A stretch of DNA of 64,000 nucleotides, taken from contig JAVHLP010000001.1 in NCBI GenBank assembly GCA_031082145.1, forward strand, positions 301,831 to 365,830. Reading direction: 5' to 3'. Source of the stretch: a bacterium (GTDB taxonomy: Bacteria > Bacillota > Sulfobacillia > UBA995). Every line of letters starts with the position of its first letter. Position 1 is the stretch's first letter. Made by a program: the position numbers and the translations under genes. Under the pieces are notes generated by a model, which saw only the letters and a list, made by a program, of their open reading frames with translations, was not told the origin of the DNA and made no database searches. Below are positions 45,460-55,176 of the stretch, piece by piece.

Positions 45460-48234
45460 ATGCGCACCTACCAGCGTATTCTGGTCTCCGTGCTGGCCGT
45501 GTTGTTCACCTTCTCGCTCGGCCTGAGCGCCTTCGCGGCGCCGGCTTGGAGCCAGGGCGGCTGGATGCCTCCGGGCTTGGCCAAGAAGGCCGACAAGTAC
45601 GGATGGCTTTACTTGGACGCCGACCAGGCCCCCTGGGCCTTTCCCTACCTCGCCGAGTTGACGCTGGCGGGGATCTTCCAGGGAGCCAACGGTTATGTAC
45701 AGCCCAACCAGCCGGTCAAGATCGTGGAGGCCATCGCCCTGTGCGTCCGACTCATGGGTGAGGAGGAGTCGGCACTGGCCCGGCCCAACCCGTCCCTCCC
45801 CTACGCGGACGCCCGGCAGATCCCCGATTGGGCCCGTGGCTACGTGGCGGTCGCTCTTGACCGAGGGCTGATCATGCCCCATTCCCGCAACCTTAACCCC
45901 AACCAGGCGGCCGATCGCCTGACGGTAGCGGTGATGGTGGTGCGGGCTATCGGCCGGGAAGGGGAAGCCCTGGCCAGGATGAACCAGCCGCTACCCTTCC
46001 GGGATTCGCCGGCGGTACCCGGGTGGGCCGCAGGCTACCTGGTAGTCGCCCTAGACCTCGGCATCCTCACCGGTTACACCGATCGAACCCTGCAACCCCA
46101 CAAACCCGTCACCCGAGCTGAGATGGCCGCCCTGTTGAGCCGAGCCGGGTACCACCTCGATCTGGTCTCCCCTTCCCGGATCAACGGCCAGGTGGTGGCG
46201 GTCAAGACCACCGACCCGCGGACTCTCACCCTCAAGCATGGGAGCGCCACCTCGACCTACCCGGTGGCGGATTACTGCGCTGTCTACGCCGGAGCCCTGG
46301 AGAAAAGCCTCGCCGACCTCAAGCCCGGTGACCAGGTCAAGGCCTATCTCAACGCCGCCGGCGAGGTCGTGTTGGTATTCATCCAGGCCCAGCAGCTGGT
46401 CCACGAGGGCACGCTGGTGCAGGTGACCCTCCCCGCGGGCAACGCGGCCGGTCATATCACCATCCTGGACGCCCAGGCCGCCCAGTTGAGCTGGGCCCTG
46501 GCCCCCGGCGCCCAGGCCGTCGCCGGCGGCCAGGTCATACCCTTCTCCCAGCTGCCGGCCGGCAGCTGGGTTCGCGTGCACCTGGAGGGCAACCTGGCGG
46601 TCAAGGTCGAACTGGCTACGGCCCAGGCGGTGCGGGGAACGGTCGTGGAGACGGCGACTAACCAGCACGGCCACCCGGCCACGATCAGGCTGCAGCTGGC
46701 CCAGGGCGGGACCGTTACCTACCAGGTCAAGGCGGACGTGCAGGTCACCTACCAGGGCCAGCCCGCCGCCTTCGCCGCCCTCCGCCCCGAGGATCAGGTG
46801 GAAGTCCTGCTCCAGGATGGCAGCGTCTCCCGCATCGACATCCTGGTGAAGACGGCGATGCTTGCCGGCACCGTCGCGTCCACCCAGGTCAACCAGCATG
46901 GCCACCCCTCCGCCGTCACCCTGACCTCGGGCACGACCTACCCGGTGGCGGCCGACGTGACCGTGACCAGCCCCGCCGGGCAGCCCCTGACCTTCTCCGC
47001 ACTGAACGCCGGTGACCAGGTGGAGCTGTATTTGGAGCAGCAGGTTGTGCGGAGGATCCGCGTGCTGGGGCAGTTCACCCTGGTCACCGGCACGGTGGTG
47101 GAGATCGGCCGGAATGCCTTCGGGCATCCCGAGAGCATAGCCCTGCTGCTGGGTAGCGGCAGCCAACAGACCTTCGCCGTAGCCGTCGACGTTCGGGTCT
47201 CCCTGAACGGCGTCCCCATGGAGTTCGCCGGCATCCTCTCCGGCGACCAAGCCAGCCTCAAGCTCCAGGGCGACCTGGTGCGGGAGATCGCCCTCGGCGC
47301 CCGGCCCGCCACCGTAGCCGGCGAGGTGATAGTCCGGACGGTGAACGCCTTCGGCCACCCGAAGTCCATCAGCATCCGGACCAGCGATGGGCAGCAACAG
47401 CAGTTCGCCGTCGCCGTCACCGTCCAGGTCACCTGCGAGGGTAACCCCTCGAGCTTCGTCGATGTGGTAGCCGGCGACCAGGTCGAGCTGACGGTGGAGA
47501 ATGGCAAGGTGACCTTCATCGTCGTGGCCGCTCGTGCCCAGACCATCACCGGAGTCGTTCAAAGCCGGGAACTGAACGCCTACGGGCACCCCCACCGCAT
47601 CACTCTCGAGACGGGCGACCCCTACCCGGTGTCCGCCGCCGTGACCGTAACCCACGGTAGCACCCCCCTGGCTTTCGCCGACCTGCGGCCCGGGGATCGG
47701 GTGGAACTACGCCTGGAGTCGGCTGTGGTGACCAGCGTTAGTGTGCTATCGCGTACCACTGAAGCGGTGGGAGCACTGGTGAGCAAGACCACCAACGCCT
47801 ACGGGCATCCGGCCAGTATCACCCTCCGGATCGACGGCCAGAACCAGACGCTCGCCGTCGCCGCCGGTGTTCAGGTGTACCGCGACGGGAACCCGGCCGC
47901 CTTCTCAACCTTGCAGGTCGAGGACTATGTACGGGCGCTGGTGGAACGCGACCTCGTCACCGTCATCAGCGTGGTCATCCGCGCCGATGCTTTCACCGGA
48001 GTGGTAAAGGGACTCAACTCGTCCGACCTGACGTTGCTGGCCCGGGTGACCGTCGCCGGCCCCGAAGGTCCCCCCTTGACCCTGGACCGCCTGGTGAAGG
48101 TGACCCCCGCCACGGTCATCAGTCGGGGCGGTGAGTCGCTCAGCTTCGCCGACCTCGCCCTGGAGCAGGTCGTCGCCGTGACCGCGCGATGGGAAGACGG
48201 CCGGTGCGTCGCGCTCACCATTAGCGTGAACTGA
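45460..48234 (+). CDS. S-layer-homology (SLH) domain cell-surface protein with ~7-9 tandem ~75-aa repeat domains.
   Basis: AAGGAGG RBS. Signal peptide MRTYQRILVSVLAVLFTFSLGLSAFA. Three SLH units (WAFPYLAELTLAGIFQG..., IPDWARGYVAVALDRGLI..., VPGWAAGYLVVALDLGILTGY). Then repeats sharing N(Q/A)(H/F/Y)GHPxxIxL...V...V...V......G.P..F..L..GD.V.L. Confidence 0.8.
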   Translation: MRTYQRILVSVLAVLFTFSLGLSAFAAPAWSQGGWMPPGLAKKADKYGWLYLDADQAPWAFPYLAELTLAGIFQGANGYVQPNQPVKIVEAIALCVRLMGEEESALARPNPSLPYADARQIPDWARGYVAVALDRGLIMPHSRNLNPNQAADRLTVAVMVVRAIGREGEALARMNQPLPFRDSPAVPGWAAGYLVVALDLGILTGYTDRTLQPHKPVTRAEMAALLSRAGYHLDLVSPSRINGQVVAVKTTDPRTLTLKHGSATSTYPVADYCAVYAGALEKSLADLKPGDQVKAYLNAAGEVVLVFIQAQQLVHEGTLVQVTLPAGNAAGHITILDAQAAQLSWALAPGAQAVAGGQVIPFSQLPAGSWVRVHLEGNLAVKVELATAQAVRGTVVETATNQHGHPATIRLQLAQGGTVTYQVKADVQVTYQGQPAAFAALRPEDQVEVLLQDGSVSRIDILVKTAMLAGTVASTQVNQHGHPSAVTLTSGTTYPVAADVTVTSPAGQPLTFSALNAGDQVELYLEQQVVRRIRVLGQFTLVTGTVVEIGRNAFGHPESIALLLGSGSQQTFAVAVDVRVSLNGVPMEFAGILSGDQASLKLQGDLVREIALGARPATVAGEVIVRTVNAFGHPKSISIRTSDGQQQQFAVAVTVQVTCEGNPSSFVDVVAGDQVELTVENGKVTFIVVAARAQTITGVVQSRELNAYGHPHRITLETGDPYPVSAAVTVTHGSTPLAFADLRPGDRVELRLESAVVTSVSVLSRTTEAVGALVSKTTNAYGHPASITLRIDGQNQTLAVAAGVQVYRDGNPAAFSTLQVEDYVRALVERDLVTVISVVIRADAFTGVVKGLNSSDLTLLARVTVAGPEGPPLTLDRLVKVTPATVISRGGESLSFADLALEQVVAVTARWEDGRCVALTISVN
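46150..48231 (+). repeat. Tandem coding repeats (~225-231 nt unit) inside the SLH surface-protein gene.
   Basis: Recurrent protein blocks TNQHGHPATIRL / VNQHGHPSAVTL / RNAFGHPESIAL / VNAFGHPKSISI / LNAYGHPHRITL / TNAYGHPASITL, each followed by a GD(Q/R)VEL motif at matching spacing. Confidence 0.7.
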
Positions 48235-48341
48235 CCGCGACCCCAGTGCCGGATGTCAGGGGCCTCCCTCCGAGGGGCCCCTTGGCCACGGGGAGGACAG
48301 GGGCCGGACACCGGGAATAGGGAGGGAGAGGAGGCGAGCTC

Positions 48342-49550
48342 ATGCCCGCCCGTGAGCGGCTCTATTCCGACCTGGCCCGCCGCCCGGCCAGTCCGGCCCT
48401 GGCCGAGCTGTTCAAGCTCACCGAACGGCCCGATGTCATCTCCTTCGCCGGGGGGTTTCCCTCGCCAGACATGTTCCTGCCGGAGGAAGCCCGGGCGATC
48501 ACCCGCCGGCTTCTGGCCGAGGAACCGGCGGCGGTCCTCGGCTACAGCCCCACTCCCGGGTTCTCCGAGTTCCGCGAGTTCTTGGCCGCTCGCCAGTCCC
48601 GCCAGGGCATGGCTGCCACCGGCGATGAAATCCTGGTGACCAGCGGGGCTCTCCAGGGACTGGACCTCCTCTGCCGGGTCTTCCTGGACCGCGGTGACCG
48701 GGTGGTGGTTGAGTCCCCCACTTACCTGGGCGCGCTGACCACCCTGGGCGCCTTCCGGGTGGAACTGACCCCGGTCCCCCTGGACGAGAACGGACTGGAC
48801 ACGGCCCGGCTGGCCGAACACCTGGAGGCGTGGCAGCGGTCGGGCCGGCTCCCCAAGCTCCTGTACACCGTGCCCACTTTCCAAAACCCCTCCGGGCTGA
48901 CCCTTAGCATCCAGCGGCGCCGGCACCTCCTGGAGTTGGCGGAGGCGTACGGCTTCACCATCCTGGAGGACAACGCTTATGGCGAGCTCCGCTTCGACGG
49001 CGACACCGTCCCAACGCTGAAGGCGCTGGACCGGCAGGGCGTGGTCGTCTACCTGGGCACGCTGTCCAAGGTGCTCTCGCCGGGGATCCGCATCGGCTGG
49101 ATCCACGCCGAACACGAGATCATCGAGCGAGCCATCCTGCTCAGGCAAGGCATGGACCAGTGCTCGAACTCGCTCGGGCAACTGCTCGCCCTGGAGTTCG
49201 GGCGACGGGGCCTGATCGAGCGGCAGATCCGCAAGACGGGGAGGCTGCTGGCGGCGAAAGCCGGACTCACCCTGGATCTCCTGGCCCGGGAGTTCCCCGC
49301 CGGGACGGCCTGGACCAAGCCCGAGGGAGGGTTCTACACCTGGGTGACCTTGCCCGGAGACATCGACACCGCCCTCGCCCTGACCCGCTGCATAGAGGAA
49401 GCGAGGGTAGCCTACGTGGCCGGCAGCGCCTTCTACGCCGGTGGGGGCGGCCACAACCAGTTCCGGCTCTGTTATTCCCAGCCGAGCTTGGAGGAGATCA
49501 GGCGGGGAGTGCCCCGGCTGGCCCAGACCCTGGCCGGACTACAGCGGTAG
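48342..49550 (+). CDS. PLP-dependent aminotransferase, 2-aminoadipate/LysN-KAT2-like subfamily (class I).
   Basis: ISFAGGFPSPDMFP N-terminal signature of the AadAT/LysN/MocR-type aminotransferase domain. No HTH. 402 aa. Confidence 0.75.
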   Translation: MPARERLYSDLARRPASPALAELFKLTERPDVISFAGGFPSPDMFLPEEARAITRRLLAEEPAAVLGYSPTPGFSEFREFLAARQSRQGMAATGDEILVTSGALQGLDLLCRVFLDRGDRVVVESPTYLGALTTLGAFRVELTPVPLDENGLDTARLAEHLEAWQRSGRLPKLLYTVPTFQNPSGLTLSIQRRRHLLELAEAYGFTILEDNAYGELRFDGDTVPTLKALDRQGVVVYLGTLSKVLSPGIRIGWIHAEHEIIERAILLRQGMDQCSNSLGQLLALEFGRRGLIERQIRKTGRLLAAKAGLTLDLLAREFPAGTAWTKPEGGFYTWVTLPGDIDTALALTRCIEEARVAYVAGSAFYAGGGGHNQFRLCYSQPSLEEIRRGVPRLAQTLAGLQR

Positions 49551-50507
49551 CCTGGTTCCCCGCCCTCGGGCCACCGCTTCCCGGTACACCAGGCGGGCCG
49601 CCGCCAGGTCCTCAATGGCCAGCCCCAGGTTGATGGAGATGATCCGCTGGCCGGGGCTGGTGCGGCCGGGGACCTTGCCGGCCACGATGTCGCCCAGATC
49701 GGCCCTGACGGGCGGGGTGTCGGTGAAGAAGCCCACCGTCCGGTAGTAGTCTAACTGGTCCCGGTCATCACTGGCCACGAGGTCGGCCGCCCGCAGGGCG
49801 TCGCCGGTCCAGTAGGAGTCAAAATCCAGGGCGATGCCGACAACTCCCTCGGCCAGCCACTCCGGCCGCAAGACGGGCGCCGGGTTATTCAGGATGGGTC
49901 CGGCCGTCACCACCACGTCCGCCCCCCGCACCGCCTCCTCCGGGTCCGGCGCCAGGGTTACCCGCACGCCATGCCGGTCTGTCATCTCCCGGGCGTAGCG
50001 GTCGGCCGCCTCCGGGTTCACATCATATCCCTGCACCCGGCGGAGACCGGGACACACCGCCAGGATGGCCTCCAGGTTGGTCCTCCCCTGAACGCCGAGG
50101 CCCAGGATGGCGGCAACCTCGGCGCCGGGCCGGCCCAGGTGGCGTACCGTCACGCCGGTGGCCGCTCCGGTACGGAAAGCGGTGATCCAGGACGCGTCCA
50201 TGACGGCCAGCGGGAGTCCGGTCCCGGGGTCGTTCAGCACCACCAGGCCGCTTATGTAGGGAAGCCCGCGGCGGGGATTGGCCGGATAGCCGGCCACCCA
50301 CTTCAGCCCGGCAACATCGATCCCGGAAAGGTAGGCAGGCATAGCATGCAGGAAGGAGTCCTGCCGGGGGTGGACGCCCGGCTTGGGCGGCATCTCCACT
50401 CCGCCCCGGCCCTTCTCCCGGAAGGCATCCTCGACGGCGTCGATGAGGTCACCCATGGCGACTCCCAGGCTCTCGACCTCCGCCCGGCTCAGGTACAGGA
50501 GTTCCAT
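49539..50507 (-). CDS. Ornithine cyclodeaminase / mu-crystallin family protein (cyclodeaminase or Pyr2C/Pip2C reductase type).
   Basis: Rossmann GLGVQG motif and family-typical N-terminal domain. ATG at 50507 overlaps the stop of the upstream FAD oxidase by 1 nt (TGATG). Confidence 0.8.
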   Translation of the reverse strand: MELLYLSRAEVESLGVAMGDLIDAVEDAFREKGRGGVEMPPKPGVHPRQDSFLHAMPAYLSGIDVAGLKWVAGYPANPRRGLPYISGLVVLNDPGTGLPLAVMDASWITAFRTGAATGVTVRHLGRPGAEVAAILGLGVQGRTNLEAILAVCPGLRRVQGYDVNPEAADRYAREMTDRHGVRVTLAPDPEEAVRGADVVVTAGPILNNPAPVLRPEWLAEGVVGIALDFDSYWTGDALRAADLVASDDRDQLDYYRTVGFFTDTPPVRADLGDIVAGKVPGRTSPGQRIISINLGLAIEDLAAARLVYREAVARGRGTRLPL

Positions 50508-51688
50508 CAGATAACCGTCTCCTCGTGGATCAGCTCGCCCCGGGCGAATCGCTCCAGGCAATAGGGGGTGGCGTCGACCGCCTCGTATCTCCCCTTGAGG
50601 ATCAGGTCGGCCAGGGCCCGGCCAGCCGCCGGAGCCTGCATCATCCCGTGCCCGGAGAACCCGCCGATGAGGTAGAACCCGGGCAGGTCGGGGTGCTCAC
50701 CGATGATCGCGTTGTGGTCGGGCGTGACCTCGTACAGTCCCGCCCAGAAGCGTTCCAGGCCCACCCGGTCCAGGAGCGGAAGGCGCCCGGCCAGCGCAGG
50801 CCAGATCACGTCCAGGAAGTAGGAGCGGTCGGGGGCGAAGTTGAACCCGGCCGGCTCCTCCGGGTCGGCCCGTCCGGTCAGGATGCGGCCGCCGGTCTCG
50901 GTCCGCACGAACACCCCGGAGGGGTCGACCACCATGGGGAGTTCGTAGTCCAACTCGGCGGGGATCTTGCAGGTAAACACGTGGCGGCGCACGGGCACGA
51001 CCGGCACTTCCACCCCGGCCATCGTCCCCACCTCGCCCGCCCAGGGTCCGGCGGCATTCACCACTATCGGGGCCAGCATCTGCTCGCCACCGGCGGTGAC
51101 CACTCCCGCCACCCGGCCCCGCTCCCGGGTGACACCCACTACGGCCTCCGCCCGGTAGTCGGCCCCCAGCGAACGGGCCTTCTTCTCATACCCGGCCATG
51201 ACCGCATAGGGGTCCAGGTAGCCATCACGGGGGCAGAAGGCGGCGGCGGCTATCCCCTCCAGGCTCAGATGGGGCACCCTGGCCTGGGCCTCCTCCGGGG
51301 TCAACAGCGACACCTCGACGCCCAGGGAGCGCTGCAACTCGTACCGGCGGCGGAGGGCCGCGAGGCCGTCCTCGCCGGCCAGGATCAGGTAGCCCTTTTG
51401 CCGGAAGTCGATCTCCGGCGCCTCGCCGTCAACCGCCATGAGTTCCCCGAAGCGCTCGAAGAAACCGACACTGTATCGGGAGAACAGCACATTGTCGCGA
51501 TAACCGAACTGTTGCCGGATTCCCCCTGCGCTGAGCCCGGTTGAGCTCCGCTCGTGGACGGGATCCCGTTCGAAGACGACCAGGCGGCCGTCAAGGCCAT
51601 CGCTTAGCAAGTTACAGGCGGCGGAAGAGCCCATAACCCCGCCGCCGATGATGATGACGTCCGCCGTGGCTGTCATGCCTATCCCCAC
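50507..51688 (-). CDS. FAD-dependent oxidoreductase, DAO / sarcosine-oxidase-beta / D-proline dehydrogenase-like.
   Basis: N-terminal DVIIIGGGVMGSSAA dinucleotide fold. ~390-aa monomeric amine-oxidase layout. Confidence 0.8.
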   Translation of the reverse strand: MGIGMTATADVIIIGGGVMGSSAACNLLSDGLDGRLVVFERDPVHERSSTGLSAGGIRQQFGYRDNVLFSRYSVGFFERFGELMAVDGEAPEIDFRQKGYLILAGEDGLAALRRRYELQRSLGVEVSLLTPEEAQARVPHLSLEGIAAAAFCPRDGYLDPYAVMAGYEKKARSLGADYRAEAVVGVTRERGRVAGVVTAGGEQMLAPIVVNAAGPWAGEVGTMAGVEVPVVPVRRHVFTCKIPAELDYELPMVVDPSGVFVRTETGGRILTGRADPEEPAGFNFAPDRSYFLDVIWPALAGRLPLLDRVGLERFWAGLYEVTPDHNAIIGEHPDLPGFYLIGGFSGHGMMQAPAAGRALADLILKGRYEAVDATPYCLERFARGELIHEETVI

Positions 51689-51718
51689 CCCCTGTATGCT
51701 GCTCGCGGTTCGCCGGGC

Positions 51719-52782
51719 CTAGACGGTGAAGATGTCGCGGGGCAGCCGGCTCAGACGGCGGCAACCGTCCGCGGTGACCGCCACGATCTCCTCCAGCCGG
51801 ACACCGAACCGGCCGGGGAGGTAGATCCCCGGCTCCACCGAGAAGACCATCCCCGTTTCCAGCAGTTGATCGTTGCTTCCGGTCAAGTAAGGGGGTTCGT
51901 GAACCGAGACGCCGATGCCGTGGCCGGTCCGATGGGTGAAGTACTCGCCGTAGCCGGCCCGTTCGATCACCCCCCGGGCGGCCCGGTCCACGGCAGCGCA
52001 GGCGGCGCCGGGGCCTACCGCCGCCATGCCGGCCTGCACCGCCGCCTCCACGACATCGTGTATCTCCCGGTACTCCGGCGAGGGCTCGCCCAGAAAGGCC
52101 ACGCGGGTTATGTCCGACGCGTACCCCTCGAGCCGGCAGCCGATGTCGATGACCAGCGGCTCGCCCACCGCCAGCCGGCGGCCTGACGTGTGGTGATGGG
52201 GGTAGGAGCTATTGGGTCCCGAGGCGACGATTGCGAACAGGGTCTCCGCCGCGCCGCCCTGCAGAAAGGCCCGGTTGACGGCCTCGGCGACCTCGCGCTC
52301 GCTAATCCCCGCCCGGCACGCCCCGACCGCCGCCTCCAGCGCTCGATCGGCCAGGGCGGCCGACGCCAGGAGCCGGGCGAGCTCGGCTTCCGACTTCCGC
52401 AGGCGCAAGGGGCCTACCAGTGCTGATGCCAGCTCGGGGCGGGCTCCCGGCCACAGCTCCATGAGCCGGAGCAGGGCATCCACCCGCATGGCGTCACCCA
52501 CGGCCAGCCGGCGGCAGGCCGGCGCCAGTCCGGCGGCCCGGGCTGCCGCGGCCAGGGCCGCCCCCGGCCCCTCGGCGTCGGTATAGGGGAAGATCGGGAG
52601 CCCGGTGTGGCACACGGCCTGATCGGCATTGAGCGAGGGCACCACGAAAGCCGCCCCCGCCCCGCCGGTCAGCAGGTAACAGGGGCGTTCATCGGCCACC
52701 GGGGAGAAGCCCAACAAGTAGAACAGATCGTCGCCGGGAGGAATGGCCAGGGCATCCACCCCGGCCCGGGCGATCTGCGCCA
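51719..52782 (-). CDS. M24-family Xaa-Pro dipeptidase / aminopeptidase P-like.
   Basis: Pita-bread C-domain with HGIGVSVHEPPYL and metal ligands D..D..H..E..E. The ORF-track frame continues upstream, but those ~320 codons have no peptidase similarity. The likely start is the ATG near 52782. Confidence 0.7.
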
Positions 52783-53042
52783 TGAGCTCTGCCAGTACGG
52801 CGTTTTCCGGTTCGCGACGCACAGCCGCCGCCTCCCCCGGGACCGGCCGGCCGGCCCCGGCGGAGGATTCGTCGCCCACCCGGCGCTCCCCTGCCCGGGT
52901 GGTGCCAGGACGGTGGTTGAGCCTCTGGCCACCGTCAGGTACGGACTGACCCCTATCGCACCGGCGGCCCGTCGGGCCCGGTGGAAGGAGCAGGGATCCC
53001 CGTTTCGACCCCCGAAGCCTGGTGAGAAGGGTGGTGCCGGAA

Positions 53043-53854
53043 TGGAACTGGCCTGGCACGGTGGTCCGTCGGTGAGCCTCAGGCTGGAAGGCCAGGTGGT
53101 GGTCGTCGATCCCTCGTTGTCCGGCCCGGGCGACTACGGAGACTGGTTCATGCCCAACCGCAACGCCCCCGACCCGGATACCTATCTCCGGGAGTTCCGA
53201 CCAGACGCGGTCCTCATCACCCATGGCCACTTCGACCATTTCGACCTGGAGACGGTCCGACTGCTGGCCCGGACGTGCCGCCCCCTGTTCGGGGGCAGCT
53301 CCGATGTAGTCGCCACCATTGGGCGGCATTTCGCCGAGTTGGAACCTCGGGCGCTGCCATTGGAACCCGGCCGGACCGAACCCCTCTCTCGCAGCCTCAC
53401 CGTCGGCGCCCTGGAGGGGATCCACTGGCTCACCGGAGAGGAGGGTCGACGGGTAGCCGCCCGCTTTGAGGGCCGTCCGGATCGCTGGGGAGTCATGCCC
53501 TGCGGCGGTCCCATGCTCTCCTTTGTCGTGCGGGGAGGGGAGCACCAGATCTACTTCAGCGGCGACACCGAGCTCGAGGGCATTCCCTCGCTGACAGTCA
53601 CGGTAGCCGTCATCAACGTCGGTGGCCCGGTGCGCGATCCCGTCACCAAGCAGCCTGTCCAGTGCATCGCCAGTCCCGGCGACGTGGCCCGGGCCTTGAG
53701 TGAGAGGCTGGCAGCCCGCGTGGTCGTCCCCATCCACTACGACCACCCGGTGTTCCTGGAGCGAGTGGACCCGGGAGACATCGAGGCCCTGCTGCCGGAA
53801 GGCCCGCCGGTGCTCCGCCTTCCGTTCAACCGGTGGGTCAAGGTGGAGCTCTAG
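53043..53854 (+). CDS. MBL-fold metallo-hydrolase.
   Basis: ITHGHFDHFD metal-binding motif. ATG at 53043. The ORF-track upstream extension is antisense to the M24 gene. Confidence 0.7.
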
Positions 53855-53922
53855 CGGGGCAGTCCGCCAGTAGACCGGACGCCGGCGAGGCGCCGGCGTC
53901 CGGGTGGGAGGAGAGGGCGTTT

Positions 53923-55176
53923 TCAGTCCTTAACCTGGAAATCCCGTCCGAGCATGCCGCTCATGTTGAGCACGCCGTCTCGGGTGACCACGACGTCGTC
54001 TTCGATGTTGAAGAAGGGGAGAGTGACTCCGGGGAGCTCAATCGACATCTCGTAGGTGAACATCATGCCCGGCTCAAACACCACCTTGCCCTCCTTGTCC
54101 TGCACCAGCGGCTGGGCGGCGGATGGCACCAGATTGGGCTGCTGGTAAGGCTCGAGCCCGATGCCGTGACCAATGAAGGGAACCCCCCCGATCGCTTGCA
54201 GCACATAGCCCTGGCCGGAGACATAGTCATCAGCGGCGCTCACGACGTCGTCCAGGCACACGCCCGGCTTGATCAGCCGGTCCATCAGCTCGCTCACACC
54301 TCGCCGGCAGGCGTACAAGCGCTCTTCCTCCGGCGTCGGCCGGCGGCCGAGGAATATCCCCCGGTTGACGTCGGACTGGTATCGCTTATACCTGGCTCCG
54401 AGGTCCAAGTGCACCCAGCCCTTGCCGATGGGCCGGTCAACCGCGTCGCAACTCACCAGTTTCATGCCTTCACCCTCGGCCATCACCTGGGCATGGCTGA
54501 TAGCGTCGGCGCCCTCTTCCAGCATGAAGCGCTTGGCCAGCGTGGCGACTTCCAGTTCGTTCATCCCGATCTCGATCAGATCGTAGATCCTCTGCATCGC
54601 CCGGCAGGAGGCAGTCACCGCCACTTTCATGCGTTCTATCTCGAGTTCAGACTTGACCGCCATGATCCGCCACAGGACGCCGGTAGCATCCACCACCGAG
54701 GCCCCCAGATCGTCCTCCAGCCGCTGCTTCAGGGCCATGAACTTGAGGGGGTTGATACCGGCGACCAGGCCCTTTCCCCACTCAGTGCCTATCCTGGCTC
54801 CCCGGCCGATGCCGTAGTCTCTCAGGACGTTCACCAGTTCGAGTTCATCGTCGTAGTACTCCAGCGATGCGTTGGCGGTGGTGTGCAGTCCGACTTCGTC
54901 GGTGTCAAAAGGGCCGAAGCGCTGGCAGTAGACGTCCGCCTCGGGGGTGATGATCACCGTGGACTGAGGGGCCAGCGCGACCGGGGCGTCCATACCCACG
55001 AAGACGAAGCGGGTGCCCGAGAAGTAGAAGACGTTGACGTTCCTGGCCACCAGCAGGGCATCCAATCCCTGTTCGTTCATGATCCGGCGCGCCCGCTCGA
55101 TCCTGTGCCGATGCTCGCTGACGGGGTGTTCCGGATAGGCTGGATCGCAGGTTCGCCTGACGCTTCTCCTCGCCAT
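53923..55176 (-). CDS. M24-family peptidase (creatinase/prolidase type, with creatinase-N domain).
   Basis: N-terminal creatinase/prolidase-N domain plus C-terminal pita-bread (HGIGLEPYQQP). ATG overlaps the stop of the upstream creatininase-family gene by 1 nt. Confidence 0.8.
   Translation of the reverse strand: MARRSVRRTCDPAYPEHPVSEHRHRIERARRIMNEQGLDALLVARNVNVFYFSGTRFVFVGMDAPVALAPQSTVIITPEADVYCQRFGPFDTDEVGLHTTANASLEYYDDELELVNVLRDYGIGRGARIGTEWGKGLVAGINPLKFMALKQRLEDDLGASVVDATGVLWRIMAVKSELEIERMKVAVTASCRAMQRIYDLIEIGMNELEVATLAKRFMLEEGADAISHAQVMAEGEGMKLVSCDAVDRPIGKGWVHLDLGARYKRYQSDVNRGIFLGRRPTPEEERLYACRRGVSELMDRLIKPGVCLDDVVSAADDYVSGQGYVLQAIGGVPFIGHGIGLEPYQQPNLVPSAAQPLVQDKEGKVVFEPGMMFTYEMSIELPGVTLPFFNIEDDVVVTRDGVLNMSGMLGRDFQVKD

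Noticed and set aside
46051-49454. Minus-strand ORFs of 534 aa and 509 aa
   Set aside because: Antisense to the SLH repeat protein and to the aminotransferase. Gly/Asp/Leu-rich artefacts that mirror the sense-strand repeats.
50525-51544. 339-aa plus-strand ORF
   Set aside because: Antisense to the FAD oxidoreductase.
52783-53746. Upstream ~320 codons of the 675-aa minus-strand ORF
   Set aside because: No peptidase or other similarity, and antisense to the MBL hydrolase gene. The M24 domain begins at the ATG near 52782.
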